Source of the DNA: a virus
Lineage: Duplodnaviria; Caudoviricetes
DNA: 56,371 nucleotides
Virus record (IMG/VR): IMGVR_UViG_3300010362_000018
Span: 1-56,371 of that record
Strand: one strand, 5' to 3'
Part shown: piece after piece, positions 18,308 to 27,866 of the stretch
Layout of the letters: each line of letters starts with the position of its first letter
Numbering within the stretch: position 1 is the first letter of the stretch
Position numbers and translations under genes: made by a program
Notes under the pieces: model-generated
Databases searched by the model: none
What the model was told of the DNA's origin: nothing
Seen by the model: only the letters and a program-made list of their open reading frames with translations

Positions 18308-18495
18308 TGGCTGCAACGCCGAGCCCGGTCTACCTACGCGGCACGTGCGGCCTCTGTGGGTGGACTGGGCTCGGTCGTACCTTCCGGGTCATCATGCCCA
18401 CCGTCTGCCCTCAGTGCGGACACTACTCAGTACGGGCTACGTCATCCACTCCACCTACCACCAGCGATGACAGCAACGCTGACCCCGACCAGTGA
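18307..18495 (+). CDS. Small zinc-ribbon protein
   Basis: CGLC...CPQCG. Confidence 0.55.
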   Translation: MAATPSPVYLRGTCGLCGWTGLGRTFRVIMPTVCPQCGHYSVRATSSTPPTTSDDSNADPDQ

Positions 18496-18578
18496 TCGAG
18501 CTCGCCCTCGCCTTCCTCATCGGCGTCATCGTCGGGGTAGCCATCGTGCATGCTGTCAGCGCGTACCGATGGAAATGA
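18492..18578 (+). CDS. Small membrane peptide
   Basis: MIELALAFLIGVIVGVAIVHAVSAYRWK, GTGA coupling. Confidence 0.5.
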   Translation: MIELALAFLIGVIVGVAIVHAVSAYRWK

Positions 18579-18685
18579 CTGAGAGGGGGGGCCTTCTCAT
18601 CTCGGGGCTCTGTGACGGGGGCGGGCGTGCCGCGGGCCTTCCTGCAGCGAATTCGGCGGAGAAGTTTCTCTGAGCAGGGGTTTCG
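18579..18685. other. Candidate genome end / packaging (cos/pac) region
   Basis: Non-coding gap with a G7 run between the HNH/lysin and terminase blocks; codon third positions turn from C-rich to G-rich here. Confidence 0.3.
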
Positions 18686-18931
18686 GTGAGCCGATGGCCG
18701 CATTTCCACTTCCACGGGGCCGGGCGGGATCACTTGTTCTTGATCGTGGCGGTGTTGCTGTTCATCCTGATGACGATTTGGGGCCTCGCGACGATGGTGT
18801 TGCTACTGCTGTACCAGGACGACGTGAGCGAGGGCGTCAAGACGCGCCTGATCGCGGCGTTCGCGTCGATGTTCACCGGGTTCTTGGGCTTCGCGGTGGG
18901 CTACATCGCCGGGCGCGGCGGGGAGAGCTAG
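18686..18931 (+). CDS. Two-TM membrane protein (holin-like)
   Basis: Two hydrophobic segments, near the endolysin. Confidence 0.6.
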   Translation: MSRWPHFHFHGAGRDHLFLIVAVLLFILMTIWGLATMVLLLLYQDDVSEGVKTRLIAAFASMFTGFLGFAVGYIAGRGGES

Positions 18932-18934
18932 GGT

Positions 18935-19162
18935 GTGCCGGTCCTGGCGGCCCTGGACGTGGCGGCGTTGCTGCTGGCGCTGGCGGCGATCATCTCAGCG
19001 GTGGGCGGGGTGGGTAGCACGATCATGGCCCTCCGGAAGAGCCAGGGCGAGGAGCAGCAGAACTGCCTTGACCGGCTGAAGGAGGCGCGCGCTGAGGCTG
19101 AGCGGCTGGCGGTCGAGTTGCACGCGCTGAAGATGGCGGAGGCGGCGCCGGATGAGGAGTAG
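18935..19162 (+). CDS. TM + coiled-coil protein (lysis-cassette type)
   Basis: N-terminal TM segment, heptad-like C-terminus. Confidence 0.6.
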   Translation: MPVLAALDVAALLLALAAIISAVGGVGSTIMALRKSQGEEQQNCLDRLKEARAEAERLAVELHALKMAEAAPDEE

Positions 19163-19538
19163 CACCATCTGGGCGGTGGTGGGCGCGTCGGCGTTCGTCG
19201 CGGCGGGCGGGTTGGGCGCGGCGGCGGTGATCGCTCAGAGCCCGGAGCCCGCGAAGACCGTGACGGTGGACGTGGGGAAGGGTGAGAAGGGCGACACAGG
19301 TCCGGCTGGACCCGCTGGCCCCGCAGGACCGACTGGCCCGAAGGGTGATACGGGTGATCGGGGACCGGCTGGACCGCGTGGAGCGGTCGGCCCGGTCGGC
19401 CCGGCGGGTCCGCGGGGGCCTCAGGGACCGCCGGGAGCGGTGACGTGCCCGTCGGGTTACGTGTACGGGAAGCTGATCATCAACCACCCGGGCGGTCAGG
19501 CGACGATTCTTACGTGCATGACGCCTGACTCGAACTAG
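19152..19538 (+). CDS. Secreted/anchored collagen-like protein
   Basis: Hydrophobic N-terminus, Gly-X-Y repeats, Cys pair. Confidence 0.7.
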   Translation: MRSSTIWAVVGASAFVAAGGLGAAAVIAQSPEPAKTVTVDVGKGEKGDTGPAGPAGPAGPTGPKGDTGDRGPAGPRGAVGPVGPAGPRGPQGPPGAVTCPSGYVYGKLIINHPGGQATILTCMTPDSN

Positions 19539-19550
19539 CGTTCCGGGGCC

Positions 19551-19778
19551 GTGACGCTCACCGAGCCCGACCGAATCGCCCTCCTGGAGGAGATTGCGCA
19601 GGACAAGACGATCAAGGCGACACAGCGGTTGCGGGCGCTGGAGGAGTTAGGACGCGAGCGGAGACGTGAGGCGGCGCGTACGGGCGCCGAGCTCCCGCCG
19701 GAGGAGCAGCCGGACCCGTTCGCGGACATGGATGAGGTCGCCGTGGCGCGTCAGCGGCGCTCACGGAGGTCAGCGTGA
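19551..19778 (+). CDS. Probable terminase small subunit
   Basis: Coupled to TerL; L.EIA...RLRALEELG helical pattern. Confidence 0.5.
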   Translation: MTLTEPDRIALLEEIAQDKTIKATQRLRALEELGRERRREAARTGAELPPEEQPDPFADMDEVAVARQRRSRRSA

Positions 19779-21319
19779 GGAGCGCGGTGCTGATCACCGA
19801 CGTACGGACGCTGAAGCGCGCGCCGAAGCCGTTCACGGTCGAGCACTTCAGGATCTACGGGTCACGGCTGGTGTTCGATGACGGTGAGCGCCGGGAGCCG
19901 GAGGGCTGGCAGCTGGACTTCGCGCGTGAGGTGTTCAAGGCGCTGGCGCGGGGCGCGTGGGGCTACGAGAACTGGCTGGTGGTCCCTGAAGGGAACGGGA
20001 AGACGACGTTCATGGGCGAGTTGGGCCTGTACGGCGTGGACTGGGCGTTCCGGCCGTGGATACCGCTGTTCGCTCACAACGGTGATCAGGCGAAGACGAC
20101 GTACTACCAGGCGAAGACGTTCGTTGAGAACACCCCGGGATTGCACCATCGCTTCCGCTGCTACGACGGCTTGCGGACGATTCGCCCGTTCAAGGACGGG
20201 AAACGGCGCCCGGGCCGGGGGCTGGAGGTGTGTCCGTGGGACCCGGACGCCAATGACGGGACCATCCCGTACCCGTTCTTCCTGGCTGACGAGCTCCACC
20301 GGCATCCCACGATGGAGACGTGGCGGCTGATGAAAGGTAAGTGCAAGAAGCGGAAGGCCGTGGGCATCGGGATCAGCACCGCGGGGCTGCCCGGCAGCGA
20401 GTTCGAGACGGCGCGCGACAAGATGCGTGACGGCGCGCAGCAGCGGATCAGGCGGCACGGGGGCACGCTCTACCGGGGACGGCGTCACAGCATGCTGGAG
20501 TTCCGCCTGGAGGACGTTGACAAGGCGACTGACCCGCGGGCCGTGGTCAAGGTGAACCCGCTGAGCACCATCACGCTCGCGGACATCCGGGAGGAGCTCG
20601 CCGCACCGACGTTCGACATCGGGGACTGGAAGCGGCTGAAGTGCTGCATCGCGGCGCGCTCGACGCTGGCGGCGATCAGCGATGAGGAGTGGTCAGCCGC
20701 GTCGGAGCCGGAGTTCACCGAGATCCCTGAGGGCGAGCGCATCGACTACGGGCTCGACTTGGGCTGGAAGTACGACACCACGAGTGGCGTGGCGCAGTGG
20801 GAGCACCCTGACGGCTGGCACCTGTGGGATGAGGCGGACGTGATCAGCCCGCCGCGTGACGGCTCGTCGCTGCACCCGGACAAGATCAAGCGCGTGCTGG
20901 TGGCGCGGCATGAGCGCAATCCGATCGACGCGATCGTGATGGACATGACGAACGGCGAGGACATCGCGGCGTGGGCCGTGGACGAGCTCGGCTGCACCGT
21001 GATCGACCGTCCGCAGGGCAACAACCACGCCGTGAGGGACTACAAGAACGTGATGCGCGGGCTGAGGACGCGGGCGCTGAGGCACGTGCCGTACTGCCCC
21101 AAGCTGACGGCGCACAGCATGAACGCAGTGGCGTGGAAGCTGCCGCGCGGTGACACCAAGTTCGAGCGGCCGTCGCTCAGCCGCACCAGCCGGACCAAGC
21201 AGGACGAGCGCGTGATCGACGCGCTCGACGCGGGCGGCTTCGCGTACACCAACGCCTGCGTCGAGCCCGTGCCGGAGCCGACGATCAACCTCGACGACTA
21301 TCGCATACGTGTCCTCTAG
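19775..21319 (+). CDS. terL: Terminase large subunit
   Basis: Walker A PEGNGKTT, Walker B DELH, ISTAG, nuclease GLDLG..D, IDALDA. Confidence 0.9.
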   Translation: MRSAVLITDVRTLKRAPKPFTVEHFRIYGSRLVFDDGERREPEGWQLDFAREVFKALARGAWGYENWLVVPEGNGKTTFMGELGLYGVDWAFRPWIPLFAHNGDQAKTTYYQAKTFVENTPGLHHRFRCYDGLRTIRPFKDGKRRPGRGLEVCPWDPDANDGTIPYPFFLADELHRHPTMETWRLMKGKCKKRKAVGIGISTAGLPGSEFETARDKMRDGAQQRIRRHGGTLYRGRRHSMLEFRLEDVDKATDPRAVVKVNPLSTITLADIREELAAPTFDIGDWKRLKCCIAARSTLAAISDEEWSAASEPEFTEIPEGERIDYGLDLGWKYDTTSGVAQWEHPDGWHLWDEADVISPPRDGSSLHPDKIKRVLVARHERNPIDAIVMDMTNGEDIAAWAVDELGCTVIDRPQGNNHAVRDYKNVMRGLRTRALRHVPYCPKLTAHSMNAVAWKLPRGDTKFERPSLSRTSRTKQDERVIDALDAGGFAYTNACVEPVPEPTINLDDYRIRVL

Positions 21320-21737
21320 CACCTGTCAGTGCGGTTGCGGTGAGGCTGTCAGGAGCGGCAGCCGGTTCCGCCGCGGTCACAACAAGCGCAACCAGCCGCT
21401 CCAGTCGAAGTGCAGCGTTGTCGGCTGTCCGCACCCGCGACTCCGCTACCAGGCCGTCTGTCGTGAGCATCACAACCTGAAGATCAACACGTACCGGCGG
21501 AAGCGGATGGGACTCTCACCGGCCGACTACCAGGCCATGCTCGATGAGCAGGGCGGCGTGTGCGCCATCTGCGGTGACCCGCCGGGCGTGCAGGCGCTCG
21601 CAGTGGATCACGACCACGCGACGGGCTACGTCCGCGGGCTGCTCTGCACCAACTGCAACCACCTCCTCGGGAAGGCGAAGGACAACCGGACCGTCCTGGA
21701 GGCCGCGATCGCCTACCTGGCGAGGGGGAGGTGCTGA
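21309..21737 (+). CDS. Endonuclease VII-family free-standing nuclease
   Basis: QGGVCAIC...VDHDHATGYVRGLLCTNCN; N-terminal CQCGCG. Confidence 0.85.
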   Translation: MSSSTCQCGCGEAVRSGSRFRRGHNKRNQPLQSKCSVVGCPHPRLRYQAVCREHHNLKINTYRRKRMGLSPADYQAMLDEQGGVCAICGDPPGVQALAVDHDHATGYVRGLLCTNCNHLLGKAKDNRTVLEAAIAYLARGRC

Positions 21738-23161
21738 TGGAGACAGTTCAGGAGCGTAACGAGCGGATCGAGCGGCTGGAGGCCGGGCGCCGGGAGCGCG
21801 CTCAGGAGCCAACTGGACCGGTGGAGGTCGCGCCGGGCCGCGGTGACCTGAGGCGGAGCTCGGTGTCTGTCCCGGCGATGCCGATGAACTTCGGGCTGCC
21901 GTGGCTCGGGGTGGCGTCGAACACCGTCTGGTCGGTGGACGGCCGGGTGGTCAGCTTCGCTCAGATCTTCAGCGAGCAGGCGTGGGTGGCGGCCGCGGTC
22001 ATGCGGATGCTGACGTGGTCGGTCCGGGTGCCGCTGAAGGTGTACCGGCGGACCGGTGACGACTCGCGAGTGCGGCTGAGGCCGTCGGATCACCCGCTGG
22101 CGGCGGCGATCGACAACCCCTGGGACCGCGGCTACCCGGCGGCGCTGACGCAGGCGCTGCTGGGGCCGGTGCTCGTGCACGGCAACTCGGTGACCGAGGT
22201 GGATGAGGGCCGCTCGGGGAAGATCACGTTCACACCGCTCGACTGGCGGTTCCTGACCCCGGTGAAGCCCTACGGGGACATCGTCAGCTGGCGGGTGGCG
22301 CCTCAGTCCACGGGTGCCGGGGAAGCGACGCGTGACCTGTCGGTGGATGCGGCGCTGCACGTGGCGTGGTGGAGCCCGCTGTCACCGGAGGGCGTGTCGC
22401 CGCTGAACCAGCTGGGCACCACGATCGCGCTCGAGGACGCCGCGACCCGCTATCAGAAGGCCCAGTTCCGGAACGGGGCGCGCCCGCCGAGCGCCATCGA
22501 GGCGACCGTCGAGTTCCTCGGCCTCCAGCCCGATGTCCGGGACGAACTGATCAAGAACCTGCGTGAGGACGTGACCGCCATCTACAGCGGGCCGGACAAC
22601 GCGGGGCGCCCGGCGCTGCTACCGCCGGGCCTGTCATGGAAGGCGGTCGGGCATACGTCGGTCGAGGCCGAGTTGATCGCGCAGCGGCTGATCGACCGTG
22701 AGGAGGTGGCGGCCGTCTACCAGATCCCGCCGCCGATGCTGGGTGACCTGAGGCGCGCGACCTTCTCGAACGTCACCGAGCTCCGGCAGGTGGCGTACAC
22801 CGATGGGCTTGGCCCGCCGCTGGTCCTGATCGAGCAGGTGATGACCAGCGGCATCCTCCGCAACCTGCTGCGCGAGGATGACACGTACTGTGAGTTCGAC
22901 TTCAGCGGGGTGCTGCGCGGCGACTTCCTCAAGGAGGTCACCGCGCTCCGCGGCGCCATCGGGTCCGCGCTGATGACCCCGAACGAGGGCCGGTCGAAGA
23001 TGAACCTGCCGCGCTCGACTGAGCCCGGCGCCGACCAGCTGTACCTCCCGATGAACAACCTTCAGCCACTCGGCACCACACCGGGGCCGAACCGTCAGCA
23101 GCGCCGCGCGCTCGTGCTCCCGCCGGGCGTGTCACGACCCGAGGAGGAGGTGTTCGCGTGA
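21737..23161 (+). CDS. Portal protein (HK97 family)
   Basis: VPLKVYR, HGNS, GVSPL, FRNGARP, VYQIPPPMLG, TFSNV, MTPNEGR. Confidence 0.92.
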   Translation: METVQERNERIERLEAGRRERAQEPTGPVEVAPGRGDLRRSSVSVPAMPMNFGLPWLGVASNTVWSVDGRVVSFAQIFSEQAWVAAAVMRMLTWSVRVPLKVYRRTGDDSRVRLRPSDHPLAAAIDNPWDRGYPAALTQALLGPVLVHGNSVTEVDEGRSGKITFTPLDWRFLTPVKPYGDIVSWRVAPQSTGAGEATRDLSVDAALHVAWWSPLSPEGVSPLNQLGTTIALEDAATRYQKAQFRNGARPPSAIEATVEFLGLQPDVRDELIKNLREDVTAIYSGPDNAGRPALLPPGLSWKAVGHTSVEAELIAQRLIDREEVAAVYQIPPPMLGDLRRATFSNVTELRQVAYTDGLGPPLVLIEQVMTSGILRNLLREDDTYCEFDFSGVLRGDFLKEVTALRGAIGSALMTPNEGRSKMNLPRSTEPGADQLYLPMNNLQPLGTTPGPNRQQRRALVLPPGVSRPEEEVFA

Positions 23162-24177
23162 GCGATCAGGAGCATGTGGAGGTGCCGCCGGGCGCCGCGT
23201 TCGCGGAACTGGAGGGGCACCTGTGGGCCATCCGCCCGGCGGTGCTCGGAGAGCTCTTCGCGCTGGCGGCGGACGGCCGGTTCCTGGACCTGGCCCGCCC
23301 GGAGGCGGCGCGTCGGCCGGGGCGCCCGCGGAAGATCAACGGACCCGTCCAGGTGATCGGGCTGCACGGCATCATGGCTGACCTCGGCTTCCTGGCGGCG
23401 TTGTTCGGGCTGGAGAACCCGCTGCATCGCTTCCGGCGTGACTTCGCCGAGGCGATGGGCAACGAGGACGTGGGCGCCGTGGTGATCGACGTGGATTCGC
23501 CGGGCGGCACGGTCGATCACGTCCCCGAGGTGGCCGCTGAGATCCGCGCGGCGCGCGGCCGCAAGCCGATCGTCGCCGTCGCGAACACGCTGGCGGCGTC
23601 AGCGGCGTACTGGCTCGTCTCACAGGCCGACGAGGTCGTGGTGACCCCGAGCGGTGAGGCTGGGTCGATCGGCGTGTACGCGGCGCACCGTGACATGAGC
23701 GGCGCGCTGGAGATGGCGGGGATCAAGAACACGCTGATCCACGCCGGGAAGTACAAGACGGAGGGCAACCCGTTCGAGCCGCTGACGGACGACGCGCGGG
23801 AGCACATCCAGGAGGACGTGAACGCCTTCTACGACCTGTTCACGGCGGATGTGGCCCAGGGCCGCGGCGTCAAGCAGCAGGCCGTCAGGGACGGCTACGG
23901 AGAGGGCCGGGTCCTGAACGCGAAGAACGCGGTGCGTGACGGGCTTGCGGACCGTGTGGAGACGTTGGGTGAGGCCGTGGCACGCCTCACCGCGAGGTCA
24001 CACGGCGGCGTGACCACGGCCGAGGTGATCACCGGAGCCGCAACCGCCGATCCCGAGGCCGAGGCCGTGGCCGGAGCCGCTGAGGGCGATGACGCGCTGA
24101 GCGAGGACGAGAAGCGGGAGTTCGCGGACGTGATGTTCGCGCTCCGGCTGGACCGCTTGCACGACGCGATCGCCTGA
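23158..24177 (+). CDS. Prohead protease, S49/SppA family
   Basis: DVDSPGG, AASAAYWL, GSIGV, AGKYKT. Confidence 0.9.
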   Translation: MSDQEHVEVPPGAAFAELEGHLWAIRPAVLGELFALAADGRFLDLARPEAARRPGRPRKINGPVQVIGLHGIMADLGFLAALFGLENPLHRFRRDFAEAMGNEDVGAVVIDVDSPGGTVDHVPEVAAEIRAARGRKPIVAVANTLAASAAYWLVSQADEVVVTPSGEAGSIGVYAAHRDMSGALEMAGIKNTLIHAGKYKTEGNPFEPLTDDAREHIQEDVNAFYDLFTADVAQGRGVKQQAVRDGYGEGRVLNAKNAVRDGLADRVETLGEAVARLTARSHGGVTTAEVITGAATADPEAEAVAGAAEGDDALSEDEKREFADVMFALRLDRLHDAIA

Positions 24178-24212
24178 CCCGACACCCACGACCCCGAGGA
24201 GGGGTTCAGAAG

Positions 24213-25556
24213 ATGGCAGTCAGCACCAACGTGGCGCTGCGCGACCGCCTGAAGGACATCCGCTCCCAGCTGGCCGAGGCGCGTGACGAGCGCGCCACCG
24301 CTCGCACCGAGCAGGAGTCCGCGAAGGACAAGTTCGCGCAGGCGTCCCACGAGGGCAAGGTCACCGAGTGGCCGGAGTTCAAGGACGCCCAGGAGGCGGT
24401 CAAGAAGGTCGGCGGCATCGAGGACCAGATCGCGGACCTGACGCTCGCCGAGTCGGAGATCCTCAAGCTGCTCGGCGACGAGCAGGGCGCCCCGGACCCC
24501 GGCGGCAACGACCGTGGCTCGTACGGGGAGCTCGCCCGCGGCTGGAACGGGCACCGCCTGGTCGCGAAGGGCTCGAACTACGCCAAGGCGCGGGACATGG
24601 GCGTGTTCACGTCCACGGCGAAGTTCGGCGTGGTCGAGTTCGGCCCGATCGCGTCCCGTGAGGAGGCCGCGCGCTTCCTCGCCGAGCTCCCGGCCGCTCC
24701 GGCGGCGCCGGTTGACTCCGCGGCGACCGCGGGCCTCATCCAGCCCGACGTGCGCGGGCTGCTCGCGCCGATCCTGCGGCCGCTGAGGTTCCTCGACCTG
24801 ATCCCGACGGGCACCACCGACTCGAACTCGATCGAGTACACGCAGGTGACGGCGATCCCCGCGTCGGCGGCGCCGGTCGCCGAGGGCGCGGTGAAGCCGC
24901 AGCAGGGGCTCACGCTGGTCGACGCGACGGCGCCGGTCAGGACCATCGCGGGCTGGATCAAGGTCAACCGGCAGTCGATGGACGACGCCGCGGGCCTGGC
25001 CACGCTGATCAACACGCTGCTGCCGTACGACGTGAGGCGGCAGATCGAGAAGCAGATCCTCGCGGGTGACGGCACCGGCCAGAACCTGCGCGGCATCCTC
25101 AACACGTCCGGCATCGGCGCCCCGGCGTTCGTGGCGGGCGACAACATCGCTGACGCGATCCTGAGGGCGATGACGGTCGTGGTCCTGTCGGACCAGGAGC
25201 CGAACTTCGCCGCCATGCACCCGCTCGACTGGCAGGACCTCCTGCTCATGCGCGAGGTGGGTGGCTCGACGGGCACGTCGCGTTCGGGTCAGTACCTGTA
25301 CGGCGGTCCGGCCACGATGGCCGCGGCCCAGATCTGGGGCCTGACCATCACGCCCACGGTCATGATCGCGAAGGGCACCCCGCTGGTGGGCGACTCGAAC
25401 GGCTGCACGCTGCTGTACCGTGAGGCCGTCAACGTCAAGGCGTCCGACAGCGACCAGGACGACTTCGTCCGCAACCGCGTGACCATCTTGGCGGAGGCCC
25501 GGGTGGCGTTCCCGGTCTGGCGCCCGTCGGCGTTCGCGAAGGCGGCCACCTCCTAG
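24213..25556 (+). CDS. Major capsid protein (HK97 fold) with N-terminal coiled-coil delta domain
   Basis: VAEGAVKP, TIAGWI, ILAGDGTGQNLRGIL, FVRNRVTILAEAR, RPSAF. Confidence 0.93.
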   Translation: MAVSTNVALRDRLKDIRSQLAEARDERATARTEQESAKDKFAQASHEGKVTEWPEFKDAQEAVKKVGGIEDQIADLTLAESEILKLLGDEQGAPDPGGNDRGSYGELARGWNGHRLVAKGSNYAKARDMGVFTSTAKFGVVEFGPIASREEAARFLAELPAAPAAPVDSAATAGLIQPDVRGLLAPILRPLRFLDLIPTGTTDSNSIEYTQVTAIPASAAPVAEGAVKPQQGLTLVDATAPVRTIAGWIKVNRQSMDDAAGLATLINTLLPYDVRRQIEKQILAGDGTGQNLRGILNTSGIGAPAFVAGDNIADAILRAMTVVVLSDQEPNFAAMHPLDWQDLLLMREVGGSTGTSRSGQYLYGGPATMAAAQIWGLTITPTVMIAKGTPLVGDSNGCTLLYREAVNVKASDSDQDDFVRNRVTILAEARVAFPVWRPSAFAKAATS

Positions 25557-25566
25557 GAGGCAAGCC

Positions 25567-25779
25567 ATGCCGAGGAAGGCAACCAAGGACACCTACGGCG
25601 TCGAGATGCTCGGCGGCGTGGAGGTCCGCCGCCAGATCTTCGCCGGGGAGATGATCCCGGTGACGATCGAGGTGGACGAGGGCGACTACGAGGAGGTCGA
25701 GGGCGGCGAGACCGTCATCGGCGCCGACCCGGAGCCCCCGAAGCGTCAGTCCCGCGCCAAGAAGAAGGCCGACGACTGA
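25567..25779 (+). CDS. Small protein after the capsid gene
   Basis: AGGAGG SD; basic tail. Confidence 0.7.
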   Translation: MPRKATKDTYGVEMLGGVEVRRQIFAGEMIPVTIEVDEGDYEEVEGGETVIGADPEPPKRQSRAKKKADD

Positions 25780-25788
25780 CGGCAGCAG

Positions 25789-25830
25789 TGGCCGCGGCGG
25801 AACGTCCGCGTCAACCGCCCGCCGCGGCCA
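25789..25830 (+). terminator. Hairpin after the capsid operon
   Basis: TGGCCGCGGCGG ... CCGCCGCGGCCA inverted repeat. Confidence 0.55.
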
Positions 25831-25849
25831 CCCTTACGATCTACCCGAC

Positions 25850-26143
25850 ATGCACAGCCCACTCGGAGAAGACATCGTCGCGTCACTCCCGGTGACGGGT
25901 CCGCCGCCGACGTACGGCGCGCGGATCGAGGTCCCGATCACGCGGCAGATCGTGACGTTCTGGCGCCCGGCGGAGCTCATGCCCGCCACCGCTGACGCCG
26001 ATTCGTACTGGTCGGTGACGCTGGAGAGCCCGCCCGCCACGGGCGACTGGCTGATCGTCTGGGTGCCGCAGGATCCGCTGACCGAAGCCGAAGGCTCCGA
26101 TGAGCGGCTGGTGTTCGTGCCGTTGTTCGTGGAGGCCGCATGA
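25850..26143 (+). CDS. Hypothetical virion protein
   Basis: Position in the head-neck block. Confidence 0.6.
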   Translation: MHSPLGEDIVASLPVTGPPPTYGARIEVPITRQIVTFWRPAELMPATADADSYWSVTLESPPATGDWLIVWVPQDPLTEAEGSDERLVFVPLFVEAA

Positions 26144-26607
26144 CCGACTTGGCATGGTGGTGGAGTCAGGCGCCGCCGTTCATACCTGACGTGACGGACA
26201 TGGTCGGGACGACTGCGCCGGTCTGGGCGCCGACGGTGGAGGACATCGCGATCGTGGTGCCCGCGTACACCGCCGGGGGCTTCGACGACGACGCTGAGAA
26301 CGCGGGCGCGCTTCAGGGCGCGTTCACTGATGCCACCGAGCCGACCGAGGCGGAGGTCGAGACGCTGATCTTCTTCGCCTGTCGCGAGGTCGAGGGCCGT
26401 GTCGGGCTCCCGATCCAGGAGAAGGACTACAACCTCGCCCGCGCTGCGGCGACGTGGCACACGGCGATGAACATCTCCTCCGGGAAGCAGCCCGCCGCGA
26501 CCGATGACGCGACCGGCGAGTACCGCGGCTACTCGAACAACTTCATCGCGGCGATGCGCGAGCTCGTCTACCACGGCCGGATGCCGCTGAACACCCGGAT
26601 GCGCTGA
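26140..26607 (+). CDS. Probable head-tail adaptor
   Basis: Size and synteny; PT..DI, T.PT..EV..LI pattern of actinophage adaptors. Confidence 0.55.
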   Translation: MTDLAWWWSQAPPFIPDVTDMVGTTAPVWAPTVEDIAIVVPAYTAGGFDDDAENAGALQGAFTDATEPTEAEVETLIFFACREVEGRVGLPIQEKDYNLARAAATWHTAMNISSGKQPAATDDATGEYRGYSNNFIAAMRELVYHGRMPLNTRMR

Positions 26608-27137
26608 TGCCGTTCAACCTGACCCCGCTGAACGCTCGGATTGAGGTCAACGGCGTTGCCTCGACGCAGCTGATGATCGACGGGCTGCAGAAACGTGGTC
26701 ACAACGTCGAGCCGATCCTGCAGTCGATCCAGGTGAAGCACTATCTGGAGCAGTCGGCGAACCGGCGGATGGAGGGCTACCCGTTCCGGCCGGTGACGGC
26801 GCGCTGGCGGCGCCGCAAGGCGCAGGAGGGGCTCGATCCGCGGACGATGCACGCCTCGAACCGGCTCGCGAACGCGCTGGCTCACACGACCAGCGGTGAC
26901 GTGAAGATCGACGCCAGCGCGACGACGCTGACGTGGGGCATCCAGAAGAGCTCGGACCTGTGGATCAGGACTCACGTCCAGGCGACGCGGGGGCGCCGGG
27001 CCGTCGTGATCGACGCTACGGCCGAGGACAACATCGCGCTCGCCATCGGCAAGTACGTCGCGTTCGGCGCGCTCCGCCGCGGCCTCGCCGGGCTGGTCGC
27101 AGCGACTGCCGCGCCGGGCGTTCCTCCGCCTCCCTGA
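26607..27137 (+). CDS. Probable neck/tail-completion (virion morphogenesis) protein
   Basis: Basic protein, synteny. Confidence 0.5.
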   Translation: MPFNLTPLNARIEVNGVASTQLMIDGLQKRGHNVEPILQSIQVKHYLEQSANRRMEGYPFRPVTARWRRRKAQEGLDPRTMHASNRLANALAHTTSGDVKIDASATTLTWGIQKSSDLWIRTHVQATRGRRAVVIDATAEDNIALAIGKYVAFGALRRGLAGLVAATAAPGVPPPP

Positions 27138-27841
27138 TGCCTGACACCGCGCTGACAATCCCGTACGACGTGGAGGGCGTGATCGTCGACCTGATCCGGC
27201 GGCGCCATGTCGAGCACATGGCCAAGCTGGAGCGGCAGCGCGGCGTCGCGCCCCGGACGTTCCAGACCTACAACACAGTCGTACGGATGAGCGACGCTCA
27301 GGGCATCCGCCTCAGCGGTGACACCACGCCGAGCCTGCTGGTCGGGGTCGTTGGGGTGCCCGGGATCATCCGGAACGAGGACGAGTGCCTCGACTTGACC
27401 TTCCAGCTGGGGATGCAGGTCACCGTCCTCGGGCAGCGGCGGCGGGACGTGCTCCTCAAGCGCGACGCGTTCGCGTGGAGCACCATCGAGTGCATCTACC
27501 AGCGGTTGCCGCGACACGCGGCTGGGGCGTTGGCGCTACCGAGTCCGCAGAATGACTCTCGGCTCCAGGCGAACCAGCCGCCCGCGGTCATCCGGGACGT
27601 GGAACTGATGGATTACGAGCCGCTCAGCGACGGGGACACGCAGCGCACCGTCGGTGACGTGCGGATGATCTGGCAGGTGGGCGTTGCGAACGCGCTGAGC
27701 ATCCGCGGCGGCTGGCCGGTGGATGACTCCGACTGGCCGTACGACGCGGGCGGCGCGCCCGCTGATCCGTACGATCCGCAGCAGCCTTGGCCGGGCGCGC
27801 GGCCGGAGGTCGTCGTGGACCGGAAGCTGGTGATCGAATGA
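27137..27841 (+). CDS. Probable tail terminator
   Basis: Directly upstream of the sheath. Confidence 0.45.
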   Translation: MPDTALTIPYDVEGVIVDLIRRRHVEHMAKLERQRGVAPRTFQTYNTVVRMSDAQGIRLSGDTTPSLLVGVVGVPGIIRNEDECLDLTFQLGMQVTVLGQRRRDVLLKRDAFAWSTIECIYQRLPRHAAGALALPSPQNDSRLQANQPPAVIRDVELMDYEPLSDGDTQRTVGDVRMIWQVGVANALSIRGGWPVDDSDWPYDAGGAPADPYDPQQPWPGARPEVVVDRKLVIE

Positions 27842-27866
27842 GACACAACAAGGAGGAGGGCGGCTG

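Noticed and set aside
23895-25592. Long minus-strand ORFs (also 4037-5314, 12836-14275, 46205-47266, 53869-55149)
   Set aside because: Antisense shadows of well-supported + strand genes, typical of high-GC DNA
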